NCBI GenBank assembly: GCA_965235115.1
Contig: OZ249436.1
Coordinates: 25,422,001 to 25,486,000 of the forward strand
DNA: 64,000 nt
Reading direction: 5' to 3'
Source of the DNA: Laetmonice hystrix
Taxonomy: Eukaryota
The first letter of the stretch is position 1; each line of letters begins with the position of its first letter. Position numbers and translations under genes: made by a program. The notes under the pieces were generated by a model that saw only the letters and a list, made by a program, of their open reading frames with translations, ran no database searches and was not told the origin of the DNA. Below, one piece after another: positions 39,449-54,276 of the stretch.

Positions 39449-42400
39449 CTCCCAGCTTAAACGATGTTGCAATTAATTTAAAATTAACAAGATGCACTAG
39501 TAATCCGATCCAAGCCTAATTACGTCATTGCTAGTTTCATAACCAAATCTCACAGAAAATACCCCACCCGCGCACATAACCTGAAAATATTCAACTTTTA
39601 TCTCCAATGTATCCCTGTGCACCTAGTAGCACCCAAGCGGGCCCAATTTTGACATTCCAACACAAATACCGCAAATACCCGCCTAATGGCACAAAAAACT
39701 TTCTACCCCGTTGCAAGTCACATTAGCTTGCTGCTTGTCGTAAAAAATGGTGCAGACCATTTCTAAAGTCACAGTACCCCACTCCCGGCCTAATATTACG
39801 TTTCAGTATCCATATACGCTGCAAGCGGCAGGAACTCGAATACAGGCCTAAAAGTAACCCCAGTCTAGCAATATCATACTCTCATGCCATATACGAGCTT
39901 GTAATTATCTTTAATTAATGGGCTCCGCAGCACCAACCCACTGCATTAACATTTGTTTAACAGCTTAACGCACCTTGTAAAAAATTTTCAAGTGCGTAAA
40001 AATGCGTGTCCACCTCCACATACTTTAAAAATCACTATACCCACCCAGCGACATTCACTCTAATACACGCCTAAGAGGAACTTCACTGTCCCATTTGATT
40101 CTCCAGCACGTATAGGATGTTTCAAGTAACATTCATCCACGGTCTGGCCCAATAACGCGCAACAAGGCATAGTAAGTCAATGCGACCTCGCATGTCAAAC
40201 CTAACCCGCCCCCCAGCACATGAGCTGAAAATATTCAAATAGCGTGAAAACTAGAATATAGCTTTGCTTAATACCATTATACCATCAACTCGCATTACAG
40301 GCCTAATGCGAAGCTCCCAGCCTAAAACGAGTTTCCAATTAATTTAAAGTTAACAAGATGCACTAATAATCGATTCCAAGCCTAATTAGGCCATTGCTAG
40401 TTGGATAACCAAATCTCATACAAAATACACCCTCCCAGCAGATGACCTGAGAATATTCAACTCTTATGTCCGATATATCCCTGTCCGCTTTGTAGCACCC
40501 AGCCGGGCCCCCATTTTGACATTGCAACACCAATACAGCAAGTGCCCAGCTAACAGCACAAATAACAGGATTCAGGGCTTCCTACCACGTTACAAGTCAC
40601 AATAGATTGCTGCCTGTCGTAAAAATATACCAGACCATTTTAAAAAGTCACAGAACCCCAATCCGGCCCTAATATGTCACTCCCAGTACCAATACACTCT
40701 GGAAGCACCATCAACTGAAATTCAGGCCTAGAACCCACCTCTCTCTACCAATATCATGCACCTAGTCCGTATACGAGGTTGTAATTTCCTTTAATCAACG
40801 GGCTGCGCCGCAGCAACCCACTCTGGTCTTTGCAATCTTTTTCAATATGCGTTAACATTTGTGACCAGCTCAACGCGCCTTGTAAATTTTTTCAAAGTGC
40901 GTAAAAGTGTGTGTCCACCCCGACACGCTTTCCAAACCACTATACCCACCGAGCGACATCCACTCAAATACAGGCTTCGACCGATCCTCACTGTGCCAAT
41001 AATCCGCCACAAGGCAAATTCAGTCAATGCAAGCTGGAAAATCGAATGTCAAACCTAATGCTCCCCCCCCCCCCAGCACGTTAACTGAAAATAATCAACT
41101 AGCTTGAAAACTAGAATATAGCTTTGTTTAGCTAACAATCTACTCTCCCAGCGCCATCAACTTGCATACAGGCGTAAAAGCAAACGCACTGCCCCATATA
41201 ATGCTCCCAGCCTAAAACGATGTTGCAATTAATTTAAAATTAACAAGATGCACTAGTAATCCGATCCAAGCCTAATTACGTCATTGCTAGTTTCATAACC
41301 AAATCTCACAGAAAATACCCCACCCGCGCACATAACCTGAAAATATTCAACTTTTATCTCCAATGTATCCCTGTGCACCTAGTAGCACCCAAGCGGGCCC
41401 AATTTTGACATTCCAACACAAATACCGCAAATACCCGCCTAATGGCACAAAAAACTTTCTACCCCGTTGCAAGTCACATTAGCTTGCTGCTTGTCGTAAA
41501 AAATGGTGCAGACCATTTCTAAAGTCACAGTACCCCACTCCCGGCCTGATATTACGTTTCAGTATCCATATACGCTGCAAGCGGCAGGAACTCGAATACA
41601 GGCCTAAAAGTAACCCCAGTCTAGCAATATCATACTCTCATGCCATATACGAGCTTGTAATTATCTTTAATTAATGGGCTCCGCAGCACCAACCCACTGC
41701 ATTAACATTTGTTTAACAGCTTAACGCACCTTGTAAAAAATTTTCAAGTGCGTAAAAATGCGTGTCCACCTCCACATACTTTAAAAATCACTATACCCAC
41801 CCAGCGACATTCACTCTAATACACGCCTAAGAGGAACTTCACTGTCCCATTTGATTCTCCAGCACGTATAGGATGTTTCAAGTAACATTTATCCACGGTC
41901 TGGCCCAATAACGTGCAACAAGGCATAGTAAGTCAATGCGACCTCGCATGTCAAACCTAACCCGCCCCCCAGCACATGAGCTGGAGATATTCAAATAGCT
42001 TGAAAACTAGAATATAGCTTTGCTTAATACCATTATACCATCAACTCGCATTACAGGCCTAATGCGAAGCTCCCAGCCTAAAACGAGTTTCCAATTAATT
42101 TAAAGTTAACAAGATGCACTAATAATCGATTCCAAGCCTAATTAGGCCATTGCTAGTTGGATAACCAAATCTCATACAAAATACACCCTCCCAGCAGATG
42201 ACCTGAGAATATTCAACTCTTATGTCCGATATATCCCTGTCCGCTTTGTAGCACCCAGCCGGGCCCCCATTTTGACATTGCAACACCAATACAGCAGCAC
42301 AAATAACAGGATTCAGGGCTTCCTACCACGTTACAAGTCACAATAGATTGCTGCCTGTCGTAAAAATATACCAGACCATTTTAAAAAGTCACAGAACCCC

Positions 42401-45400
42401 AATCCGGCCCTAATATGTCACTCCCAGTACCAATACACTCTGGAAGCACCATCAACTGAAATTCAGGCCTAGAACCCACCTCTCTCTACCAATATCATGC
42501 ACCTAGTCCGTATACGAGGTTGTAATTTCCTTTAATCAACGGGCTGCGCCGCAGCAACCCACTCTGGTCTTTGCAATCTTTTTCAATATGCGTTAACATT
42601 TGTGACCAGCTCAACGCGCCTTGTAAATTTTTTCAAAGTGCGTAAAAGTGTGTGTCCACCCCGACACGCTTTCCAAACCACTATACCCACCGAGCGACAT
42701 CCACTCAAATACAGGCTTCGACCGATCCTCACTGTGCCAATAATCCGCCACAAGGCAAATTCAGTCAATGCAAGCTGGAAAATCGAATGTCAAACCTAAT
42801 GCTCCCCCCCCCCAGCACGTTAACTGAAAATAATCAACTAGCTTGAAAACTAGAATATAGCTTTGTTTAGCTAACAATCTACTCTCCCAGCGCCATCAAC
42901 TCGCATACAGGCGTAAAAGCAAACGCACTGCCCCATATAATGCTCCCAGCCTAAAACGATGTTGCAATTAATTTAAAATTAACAAGATGCACTAGTAATC
43001 CGATCCAAGCCTAATTACGTCATTGCTAGTTTCATAACCAAATCTCACAGAAAATACCCCACCCGCGCACATAACCTGAAAATATTCAACTTTTATCTCC
43101 AATGTATCCCTGTGCACCTAGTAGCACCCAAGCGGGCCCAATTTTGACATTCCAACACAAATACCGCAAATACCCGCCTAATGGCACAAAAAACTTTCTA
43201 CCCCGTTGCAAGTCACATTAGCTTGCTGCTTGTCGTAAAAAATGGTGCAGACCATTTCTAAAGTCACAGTACCCCACTCCCGGCCTAATATTACGTTTCA
43301 GTATCCATATACGCTGCAAGCGGCAGGAACTCGAATACAGGCCTAAAAGTAACCCCAGTCTAGCAATATCATACTCTCATGCCATATACGAGCTTGTAAT
43401 TATCTTTAATTAATGGGCTCCGCAGCACCAACCCACTGCATTAACATTTGTTTAACAGCTTAACGCACCTTGTAAAAAATTTTCAAGTGCGTAAAAATGC
43501 GTGTCCACCTCCACATACTTTAAAAATCACTATACCCACCCAGCGACATTCACTCTAATACACGCCTAAGAGGAACTTCACTGTCCCATTTGATTCTCCA
43601 GCACGTATAGGATGTTTCAAGTAACATTTATCCACGGTCTGGCCCAATAACGTGCAACAAGGCATAGTAAGTCAATGCGAGCTCGCATGTCAAACCTAAC
43701 CCGCCCCCCAGCACATGAGCTGAAAATATTCAAATAGCTTGAAAACTAGAATATAGCTTTGCTTAATACCATTATACCATCAACTCGCATTACAGGCCTA
43801 ATGCGAAGCTCCCAGCCTAAAACGAGTTTCCAATTAATTTAAAGTTAACAAGATGCACTAATAATCGATTCCAAGCCTAATTAGGCCATTGCTAGTTGGA
43901 TAACCAAATCTCATACAAAATACACCCTCCCGGCAGATGACCTGAGAATATTCAACTCTTATGTCCGATATATCCCTGTCCGCTTAGTAGCACCCAGCCG
44001 GGCCCCCATTTTGACATTGCAACACCAATACAGCAGCACAAATAACAGGATTCAGGGCTTCCTACCACGTTACAAGTCACAATAGATTGCTGCCTGTCGT
44101 AAAAATATACCAGACCATTTTAAAAAGTCACAGAACCCCAATCCGGCCCTAATATGTCACTCCCAGTACCAATACACTCTGGAAGCACCATCAACTGAAA
44201 TTCAGGCCTAGAACCCACCTCTCTCTACCAATATCATGCACCTAGTCCGTATACGAGGTTGTAATTTCCTTTAATCAACGGGCTGCGCCGCAGCAACCCA
44301 CTCTGGTCTTTGCAATCTTTTTCAATATGCGTTAACATTTGTAACCAGCTCAACGCGCCTTGTAAAATTTTTCAAAGTGCGTAAAAGTGTGTGTCCACCC
44401 CGACACGCTTTCCAAACCACTATACCCACCGAGCGACATCCACTCAAATACAGGCTTCGACCGATCCTCACTGTGCCAATAATCCGCCACAAGGCAAATT
44501 CAGTCAATGCAAGCTGGAAAATCGAATGTCAAACCTAATACTCCCCCCCCCAGCACGTTAACTGAAAATAATCAACTAGCTTGAAAACTAGAATATAGCT
44601 TTGTTTAGCTAACAATCTACTCTCCCAGCGCCATCAACTCGCATACAGGCGTAAAAGCAAACGCCCTGCCCCATATAATGCTCCCAGCCTAAAACGATGT
44701 TGCAATTAATTTAAAATTAACAAGATGCACTAGTAATCCGATCCAAGCTTAATTACGTCATTGCTAGTTTCATAACCAAATCTCACAGAAAATACCCCAC
44801 CCGGGCACATAACCTGAAAATATTCAACTTTTATCTCCAATGTATCCCTGTGCACCTAGTAGCACCCAAGCGGGCCCAATTTTGACATCCCAACACAAAT
44901 ACCGCAAATACCCGCCTAATGGCACAAAAAACTTTCTACCCCGTTGCAAGTCACATTAGCGTGCTGCTTGTCGTAAAAAATGGTGCAGACCATTTCTAAA
45001 GTCACAGTACCCCACTCCCGGCCTAATATTACGTTTCAGTATCCATATACGCTGCAAGCGGCAGGAACTCGAATACAGGCCTAAAAGTAACCTCAGTCTA
45101 GCAATATCATACTCCCATGCCATATACGAGCTTGTAATTATCTTTAATTAATGGGCTCCGCAGCACCAACCCACTGCATTAACATTTGTTTAACAGCTTA
45201 ACGCACCTTGTAAAAAATTTTCAAGTGCGTAAAAATGCGTGTCCACCTCCACATACTTTAAAAATCACTATACCCACCCAGCGACATCCACTCTAATACA
45301 CGCCTAAAAGGAACTTCACTGTCCCATTTGATTCTCCAGCACGTATAGGATGTTTCAAGTAACATTTATCCACGGTCTGGCCCAATAACGTGCAACAAGG

Positions 45401-48400
45401 CATAGTAAGTCAATGCGAGCTCGCATGTCAAACCTAACCCGCCCCCCAGCACATGAGCTGAAAATATTCAAATAGCTTGAAAACTAGAATATAGCTTTGC
45501 TTAATACCATTATACCATCAACTCGCATTACAGGCCTAATGCGAAGCTCCCAGCCTAAAACGAGTTTCCAATTAATTTAAAGTTAACAAGATGCACTAAT
45601 AATCGATTCCAAGCCTAATTAGGCCATTGCTAGTTGGATAACCAAATCTCATACAAAATACACCCTCCCGGCAGATGACCTGAGAATATTCAACTCTTAT
45701 GTCCGATATATCCCTGTCCGCTTAGTAGCACCCAGCCGGGCCCCCATTTTGACATTGCAACACCAATACAGCAAGTGCCCAGCTAACAGCACAAATAACA
45801 GGATTCAGGGCTTCCTACCACGTTACAAGTCACAATAGATTGCTGCCTGTCGTAAAAATATACCAGACCATTTTAAAAAGTCACAGAACCCCAATCCGGC
45901 CCTAATATGTCACTCCCAGTACCAATACACTCTGGAAGCACCATCAACTGAAATTCAGGCCTAGAACCCACCTCTCTCTACCAATATCATGCACCTAGTC
46001 CGTATACGAGGTTGTAATTTCCTTTAATCAACGGGCTGCGCCGCAGCAACCCACTCTGGTCTTTGCAATCTTTTTCAATATGCGTTAACATTTGTGACCA
46101 GCTCAACGCGCCTTGTAAAATTTTTCAAAGTGCGTAAAAGTGTGTGTCCACCCCGACACGCTTTCCAAACCACTATACCCACCGAGCGACATCCACTCAA
46201 ATACAGGCTTCGACCGATCCTCACTGTGCCAATAATCCGCCACAAGGCAAATTCAGTCAATGCAAGCTGGAAAATCGAATGTCAAACCTAATGCTCCCCC
46301 CCAGCACGTTAACTGAAAATAATCAACTAGCTTGAAAACTAGAATATAGCTTTGTTTAGCTAACAATCTACTCTCCCAGCGCCATCAACTCGCATACAGG
46401 CGTAAAAGCAAACGCACTGCCCCATATAATGCTCCCAGCCTAAAACGATGTTGCAATTAATTTAAAATTAACAAGATGCACTAGTAATCCGATCCAAGCC
46501 TAATTACGTCATTGCTAGTTTCATAACCAAATCTCACAGAAAATACCCCACCCGCGCACATAACCTGAAAATATTCAACTTTTATCTCCAATGTATCCCT
46601 GTGCACCTAGTAGCACCCAAGCGGGCCCAATTTTGACATTCCAACACAAATACCGCAAATACCCGCCTAATGGCACAAAAAACTTTCTACCCCGTTGCAA
46701 GTCACATTAGCTTGCTGCTTGTCGTAAAAAATGGTGCAGACCATTTCTAAAGTCACAGTACCCCACTCCCGGCCTGATATTACGTTTCAGTATCCATATA
46801 CGCTGCAAGCGGCAGGAACTCGAATACAGGCCTAAAAGTAACCCCAGTCTAGCAATATCATACTCTCATGCCATATACGAGCTTGTAATTATCTTTAATT
46901 AATGGGCTCCGCAGCACCAACCCACTGCATTAACATTTGTTTAACAGCTTAACGCACCTTGTAAAAAATTTTCAAGTGCGTAAAAATGCGTGTCCACCTC
47001 CACATACTTTAAAAATCACTATACCCACCCAGCGACATTCACTCTAATACACGCCTAAGAGGAACTTCACTGTCCCATTTGATTCTCCAGCACGTATAGG
47101 ATGTTTCAAGTAACATTTATCCACGGTCTGGCCCAATAACGTGCAACAAGGCATAGTAAGTCAATGCGAGCTCGCATGTCAAACCTAACCCGCCCCCCAG
47201 CACATGAGCTGAAAATATTCAAATAGCTTGAAAACTAGAATATAGCTTTGCTTAATACCATTATACCATCAACTCGCATTACAGGCCTAATGCGAAGCTC
47301 CCAGCCTAAAACGAGTTTCCAATTAATTTAAAGTTAACAAGATGCACTAATAATCGATTCCAAGCCTAATTAGGCCATTGCTAGTTGGATAACCAAATCT
47401 CATACAAAATACACCCTCCCGGCAGATGACCTGAGAATATTCAACTCTTATGTCCGATATATCCCTGTCCGCTTAGTAGCACCCAGCCGGGCCCCCATTT
47501 TGACATTGCAACACCAATACAGCAAGTGCCCAGCTAACAGCACAAATAACATGATTCAGGGCTTCCTACCACGTTACAAGTCACAATAGATTGCTGCCTG
47601 TCGTAAAAATATACCAGACCATTTTAAAAAGTCACAGAACCCCAATCCGGCCCTAATATGTCACTCCCAGTACCAATACACGCTGGAAGCACCATCAACT
47701 GAAATTCAGGCCTAGAACCCACCTCTCTCTACCAATATCATGCACCTAGTCCGTATACGAGGTTGTAATTTACTTTAATCAACGGGCTGCGCCGCAGCAA
47801 CCCACTCTGGTCTTTGCAATCTTTTTTAATATGCGTTAACATTTGTGACCAGCTCAACGCGCCTTGTAAAATTTTTCAAAGTGCGTAAAAGTGTGTGTCC
47901 ACCCCGACACGCTTTCCAAATCACTATACCCACCGAGCGACATCCACTCAAATACAGGCTTCGACCGATCCTCACTGTGCCAATAATCCGCCACAAGGCA
48001 AATTCAGTCAATGCAAGCTGGAAAATCGAATGTCAAACCTAATGGTCCCCCCCCCCCCCCAGCACGTTAACTGAAAATAATCAACTAGCTTGAAAACTAG
48101 AATATAGCTTTGTTTAGCTAACAATCTACTCTCCCAGCGCCATCAACTCGCATACAGGCGTAAAAGCAAACGCACTGCCCCATATAATGCTCCCAGCCTA
48201 AAACGATGTTGCAATTAATTTAAAATTAACAAGATGCACTAGTAATCCGATCCAAGCCTAATTACGTCATTGCTAGTTTCATAACCAAATCTCACAGAAA
48301 ATACCCCACCCGCGCACATAACCTGAAAATATTCAACTTTTATCTCCAATGTATCCCTGTGCACCTAGTAGCACCCAAGCGGGCCCAATTTTGACATTCC

Positions 48401-51400
48401 AACACAAATACCGCAAATACCCGCCTAATGGCACAAAAAACTTTCTACCCCGTTGCAAGTCACATTAGCTTGCTGCTTGTCGTAAAAAATGGTGCAGACC
48501 ATTTCTAAAGTCACAGTACCCCACTCCCGGCCTAATATTACGTTTCAGTATCCATATACGCTGCAAGCGGCAGGAACTCGAATACAGGCCTAAAAGTAAC
48601 CCCAGTCTAGCAATATCATACTCTCATGCCATATACGAGCTTGTAATTATCTTTAATTAATGGGCTCGGCAGCACCAACCCACTGCATTAACATTTGTTT
48701 AACAGCTTAACGCACCTTGTAAAAAATTTTCAAGTGCGTAAAAATGCGTGTCCACCTCCACATACTTTAAAAATCACTATACCCACCCAGCGACATTCAC
48801 TCTAATACACGCCTAAGAGGAACTTCACTGTCCCATTTGATTCTCCAGCACGTATAGGATGTTTCAAGTAACATTTATCCACGGTCTGGCCCAATAACGT
48901 GCAACAAGGCATAGTAAGTCAATGCGAGCTCGCATGTCAAACCTAACCCGCCCCCCAGCACATGAGCTGAAAATATTCAAATAGCTTGAAAACTAGAATA
49001 TAGCTTTGCTTAATACCATTATACCATCAACTCGCATTACAGGCCTAATGCGAAGCTCCCAGCCTAAAACGAGTTTCCAATTAATTTAAAGTTAACAAGA
49101 TGCACTAATAATCGATTCCAAGCCTAATTAGGCCATTGCTAGTTGGATAACCAAATCTCATACAAAATACACCCTCCCGGCAGATGACCTGAGAATATTC
49201 AACTCTTATGTCCGATATATCCCTGTCCGCTTAGTAGCACCCAGCCGGGCCCCCATTTTGACATTGCAACACCAATACAGCAAGTGCCCAGCTAACAGCA
49301 CAAATAACATGATTCAGGGCTTCCTACCACGTTACAAGTCACAATAGATTGCTGCCTGTCGTAAAAATATACCAGACCATTTTAAAAAGTCACAGAACCC
49401 CAATCCGGCCCTAATATGTCACTCCCAGTACCAATACACGCTGGAAGCACCATCAACTGAAATTCAGGCCTAGAACCCACCTCTCTCTACCAATATCATG
49501 CACCTAGTCCGTATACGAGGTTGTAATTTACTTTAATCAACGGGCTGCGCCGCAGCAACCCACTCTGGTCTTTGCAATCTTTTTCAATATGCGTTAACAT
49601 TTGTGACCAGCTCAACGCGCCTTGTAAAATTTTTCAAAGTGCGTAAAAGTGTGTGTCCACCCCGACACGCTTTCCAAATCACTATACCCACCAAGCGACA
49701 TCCACTCAAATACAGGCTTCGACCGATCCTCACTGTGCCAATAATCCGCCACAAGGCAAATTCAGTCAATGCAAGCTGGAAAATCGAATGTCAAACCTAA
49801 TGGTCCCCCCCCCCCCAGCACGTTAACTGAAAATAATCAACTAGCTTGAAAACTAGAATATAGCTTTGTTTAGCTAACAATCTACTCTCCCAGCGCCATC
49901 AACTCGCATACAGGCGTAAAAGCAAACGCACTGCCCCATATAATGCTCCCAGCCTAAAACGATGTTGCAATTAATTTAAAATTAACAAGATGCACTAGTA
50001 ATCCGATCCAAGCCTAATTACGTCATTGCTAGTTTCATAACCAAATCTCACAGAAAATACCCCACCCGCGCACATAACCTGAAAATATTCAACTTTTATC
50101 TCCAATGTATCCCTGTGCACCTAGTAGCACCCAAGCGGGCCCAATTTTGACATTCCAACACAAATACCGCAAATACCCGCCTAATGGCACAAAAAACTTT
50201 CTACCCCGTTGCAAGTCACATTAGCTTGCTGCTTGTCGTAAAAAATGGTGCAGACCATTTCTAAAGTCACAGTACCCCACTCCCGGCCTAATATTACGTT
50301 TCAGTATCCATATACGCTGCAAGCGGCAGGAACTCGAATACAGGCCTAAAAGTAACCCCAGTCTAGCAATATCATACTCTCATGCCATATACGAGCTTGT
50401 AATTATCTTTAATTAATGGGCTCCGCAGCACCAACCCACTGCATTAACATTTGTTTAACAGCTTAACGCACCTTGTAAAAAATTTTCAAGTGCGTAAAAA
50501 TGCGTGTCCACCTCCACATACTTTAAAAATCACTATACCCACCCAGCGACATTCACTCTAATACACGCCTAAGAGGAACTTCACTGTCCCATTTGATTCT
50601 CCAGCACGTATAGGATGTTTCAAGTAACATTTATCCACGGTCTGGCCCAATAACGTGCAACAAGGCATAGTAAGTCAATGCGAGCTCGCATGTCAAACCT
50701 AACCCGCCCCCCAGCACATGAGCTGAAAATATTCAAATAGCTTGAAAACTAGAATATAGCTTTGCTTAATACCATTATACCATCAACTCGCATTACAGGC
50801 CTAATGCGAAGCTCCCAGCCTAAAACGAGTTTCCAATTAATTTAAAGTTAACAAGATGCACTAATAATCGATTCCAAGCCTAATTAGGCCATTGCTAGTT
50901 GGATAACCAAATCTCATACAAAATACACCCTCCCGGCAGATGACCTGAGAATATTCAACTCTTATGTCCGATATATCCCTGTCCGCTTAGTAGCACCCAG
51001 CCGGGCCCCCATTTTGACATTGCAACACCAATACAGCAAGTGCCCAGCTAACAGCACAAATAACAGGATTCAGGGCTTCCTACCACGTTACAAGTCACAA
51101 TAGATTGCTGCCTGTCGTAAAAATATACCAGACCATTTTAAAAAGTCACAGAACCCCAATCCGGCCCTAATATGTCACTCCCAGTACCAATACACGCTGG
51201 AAGCACCATCAACTGAAATTCAGGCCTAGAACCCACCTCTCTCTACCAATATCATGCACCTAGTCCGTATACGAGGTTGTAATTTACTGTAATCAACGGG
51301 CTGCGCCGCAGCAACCCACTCTGGTCTTTGCAATCTTTTTCAATATGCGTTAACATTTGTAACCAGCTCAACGCGCCTTGTAAAATTTTTCAAAGTGCGT

Positions 51401-54276
51401 AAAAGTGTGTGTCCACCCCGACACGCTTTCCAAACCACTATACCCACCGAGCGACATCCACTCAAATACAGGCTTCGACCGATCCTCACTGTGCCAATAA
51501 TCCGCCACAAGGCAAATTCAGTCAATGCAAGCTGGAAAATCGAATGTCAAACCTAATACTCCCTCCCCCCAGCACGTTAACTGAAAATAATCAACTAGCT
51601 TGAAAACTAGAATATAGCTTTGTTTAGCTAACAATCTACTCTCCCAGCGCCATCAACTCGCATACAGGCGTAAAAGCAAACGCACTGCCCCATATAATGC
51701 TCCCAGCCTAAAACGATGTTGCAATTAATTTAAAATTAACAAGATGCACTAGTAATCCGATCCAAGCCTAATTACGTCATTGCTAGTTTCATAACCAAAT
51801 CTCACAGAAAATACCCCACCCGCGCACATAACCTGAAAATATTCAACTTTTATCTCCAATGTATCCCTGTGCACCTAGTAGCACCCAAGCGGGCCCAATT
51901 TTGACATTCCAACACAAATACCGCAAATACCCGCCTAATGGCACAAAAAACTTTCTACCCCGTTGCAAGTCACATTAGCGTGCTGCTTGTCGTAAAAAAT
52001 GGTGCAGACCATTTCTAAAGTCACAGTACCCCACTCCCGGCCTAATATTACGTTTCAGTATCCATATACGCTGCAAGCGGCAGGAACTCGAATACAGGCC
52101 TAAAAGTAACCTCAGTCTAGCAATATCATACTCCCATGCCATATACGAGCTTGTAATTATCTTTAGTTAATGGGCTCCGCAGCACCAACCCACTGCATTA
52201 ACATTTTGTTTAACAGCTTAACGCACCTTGTAAAATTTTTTCAAGTGCGTAAAAATGCGTGTCCACCTCCACATACTTTAAAAATCACTATACCCACCTA
52301 GCGACATCCACTCTAATACACGCCTAAAAGGAACTTCACTGTCCCATTTGATTCTCCAGCACGTATAGGATGTTTCAAGTAACATTTATCCACGGTCTGG
52401 CCCAATAACGTGCAACAAGGCATAGTAAGTCAATGCGAGCTCGCATGTCAAACCTAACCCGCCCCCCAGCACATGAGCTGAAAATATTCAAATAGCTTGA
52501 AAACTAGAATATAGCTTTGCTTAATACCATTATACCATCAACTCGCATTACAGGCCTAATGCGAAGCTCCCAGCCTAAAACGAGTTTCCAATTAATTTAA
52601 AGTTAACAAGATGCACTAATAATCGATTCCAAGCCTAATTAGGCCATTGCTAGTTGGATAACCAAATCTCATACAAAATACACCCTCCCGGCAGATGACC
52701 TGAGAATATTCAACTCTTATGTCCGATATATCCCTGTCCGCTTAGTAGCACCCAGCCTGGCCCCCATTTTGACATTGCAACACCAATACAGCAAGTGCCC
52801 AGCTAACAGCACAAATAACAGGATTCAGGGCTTCCTACCACGTTACAAGTCACAATAGATTGCTGCCTGTCGTAAAAATATACCAGACCATTTTAAAAAG
52901 TCACAGAACCCCAATCCGGCCCTAATAAGTCACTCCCAGTACCAATACACGCTGGAAGCACCATCAACTGAAATTCAGGCCTAGAACCCACCTCTCTCTA
53001 CCAATATCATGCACCTAGTCCGTATACGAGGTTGTAATTTACTTTAATCAACGGGCTGCGCCGCAGCAACCCACTCTGGTCTTTGCAATCTTTTTCAATA
53101 TGCGTTAACATTTGTGACCAGCTCAACGCGCCTTGTAAAATTTTTCAAAGTGCGTAAAAGTGTGTGTCCACCCCGACACGCTTTCCAAACCACTATACCC
53201 ACCGAGCGACATCCACTCAAATACAGGCTTCGACCGATCCTCACTGTGCCAATAATCCGCCACAAGGCAAATTCAGTCAATGCAAGCTGGAAAATCGAAT
53301 GTCAAACCTAATGCTCCCCCCCCAGCACGTTAACTGAAAATAATCAACTAGCTTGAAAACTAGAATATAGCTTTGTTTAGCTAACAATCTACTCTCCCAG
53401 CGCCATCAACTCGCATACAGGCGTAAAAGCAAACGCACTGCCCCATATAATGCTCCCAGCCTAAAACGATGTTGCAATTAATTTAAAATTAACAAGATGC
53501 ACTAGTAATCCGATCCAAGCCTAATTACGTCATTGCTAGTTTCATAACCAAATCTCACAGAAAATACCCCACCCGCGCACATAACCTGAAAATATTCAAC
53601 TTTTATCTCCAATGTATCCCTGTGCACCTAGTAGCACCCAAGCGGGCCCAATTTTGACATTCCAACACAAATACCGCAAATACCCGCCTAATGGCACAAA
53701 AAACTTTCTACCCCGTTGCAAGTCACATTAGCTTGCTGCTTGTCGTAAAAAATGGTGCAGACCATTTCTAAAGTCACAGTATCCCACTCCCGGCCTAATA
53801 TTACGTTTCAGTATCCATATACGCTGCAAGCGGCAGGAACTCGAATACAGGCCTAAAAGTAACCCCAGTCTAGCAATATCATACTCCCATGCCATATACG
53901 AGCTTGTAATTATCTTTAATTAATGGGCTCCGCAGCACCAACCCACTGCATTAACATTTGTTTACCAGCTTAGCGCACCTTGTAAAATTTTTTTAAGTGC
54001 GTAAAAATGCGTGTCCACCTCCACATACTTTAAAAATCACTATACCCACCCAGCGACATCCACTCTAATACACGCCTAAAAGGAACTTCACTGTCCCATT
54101 TGATTCTCCAGCACGTATAGGATGTTTCAAGTAACATTCATCCACGGTCTGGCCCAATAACGTGCAACAAGGCATAGTAAGTCAATGCGAGCTCGCATGT
54201 CAAACCTAACCCGCCCCCCAGCACATGAGCTGAAAATATTCAAATAGCTTGAAAACTAGAATATAGCTTTGCTTAA
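39449..54276. repeat. ~1.75-kb satellite tandem array, middle segment (rest of monomer 21 to start of monomer 30)
   Basis: The satellite resumes in register (ctcccagc...) after the YR element. Monomer starts are at about 40166, 41922, 43661, 45399, 47150, 48908, 50664, 52419 and 54171. Confidence 0.98.

Noticed and set aside
48047..48060. Poly-C length variation among monomers (about 7-14 C) as a phase-variation switch
   Set aside because: No gene is affected, and homopolymer slippage or sequencing error explains it.
54273..54276. TTAA target duplication (piggyBac/Kolobok) for the 8.2-kb insertion
   Set aside because: TTAA occurs only on the left; the right junction reads cataaatacc. The inverted repeat is asymmetric rather than terminal.
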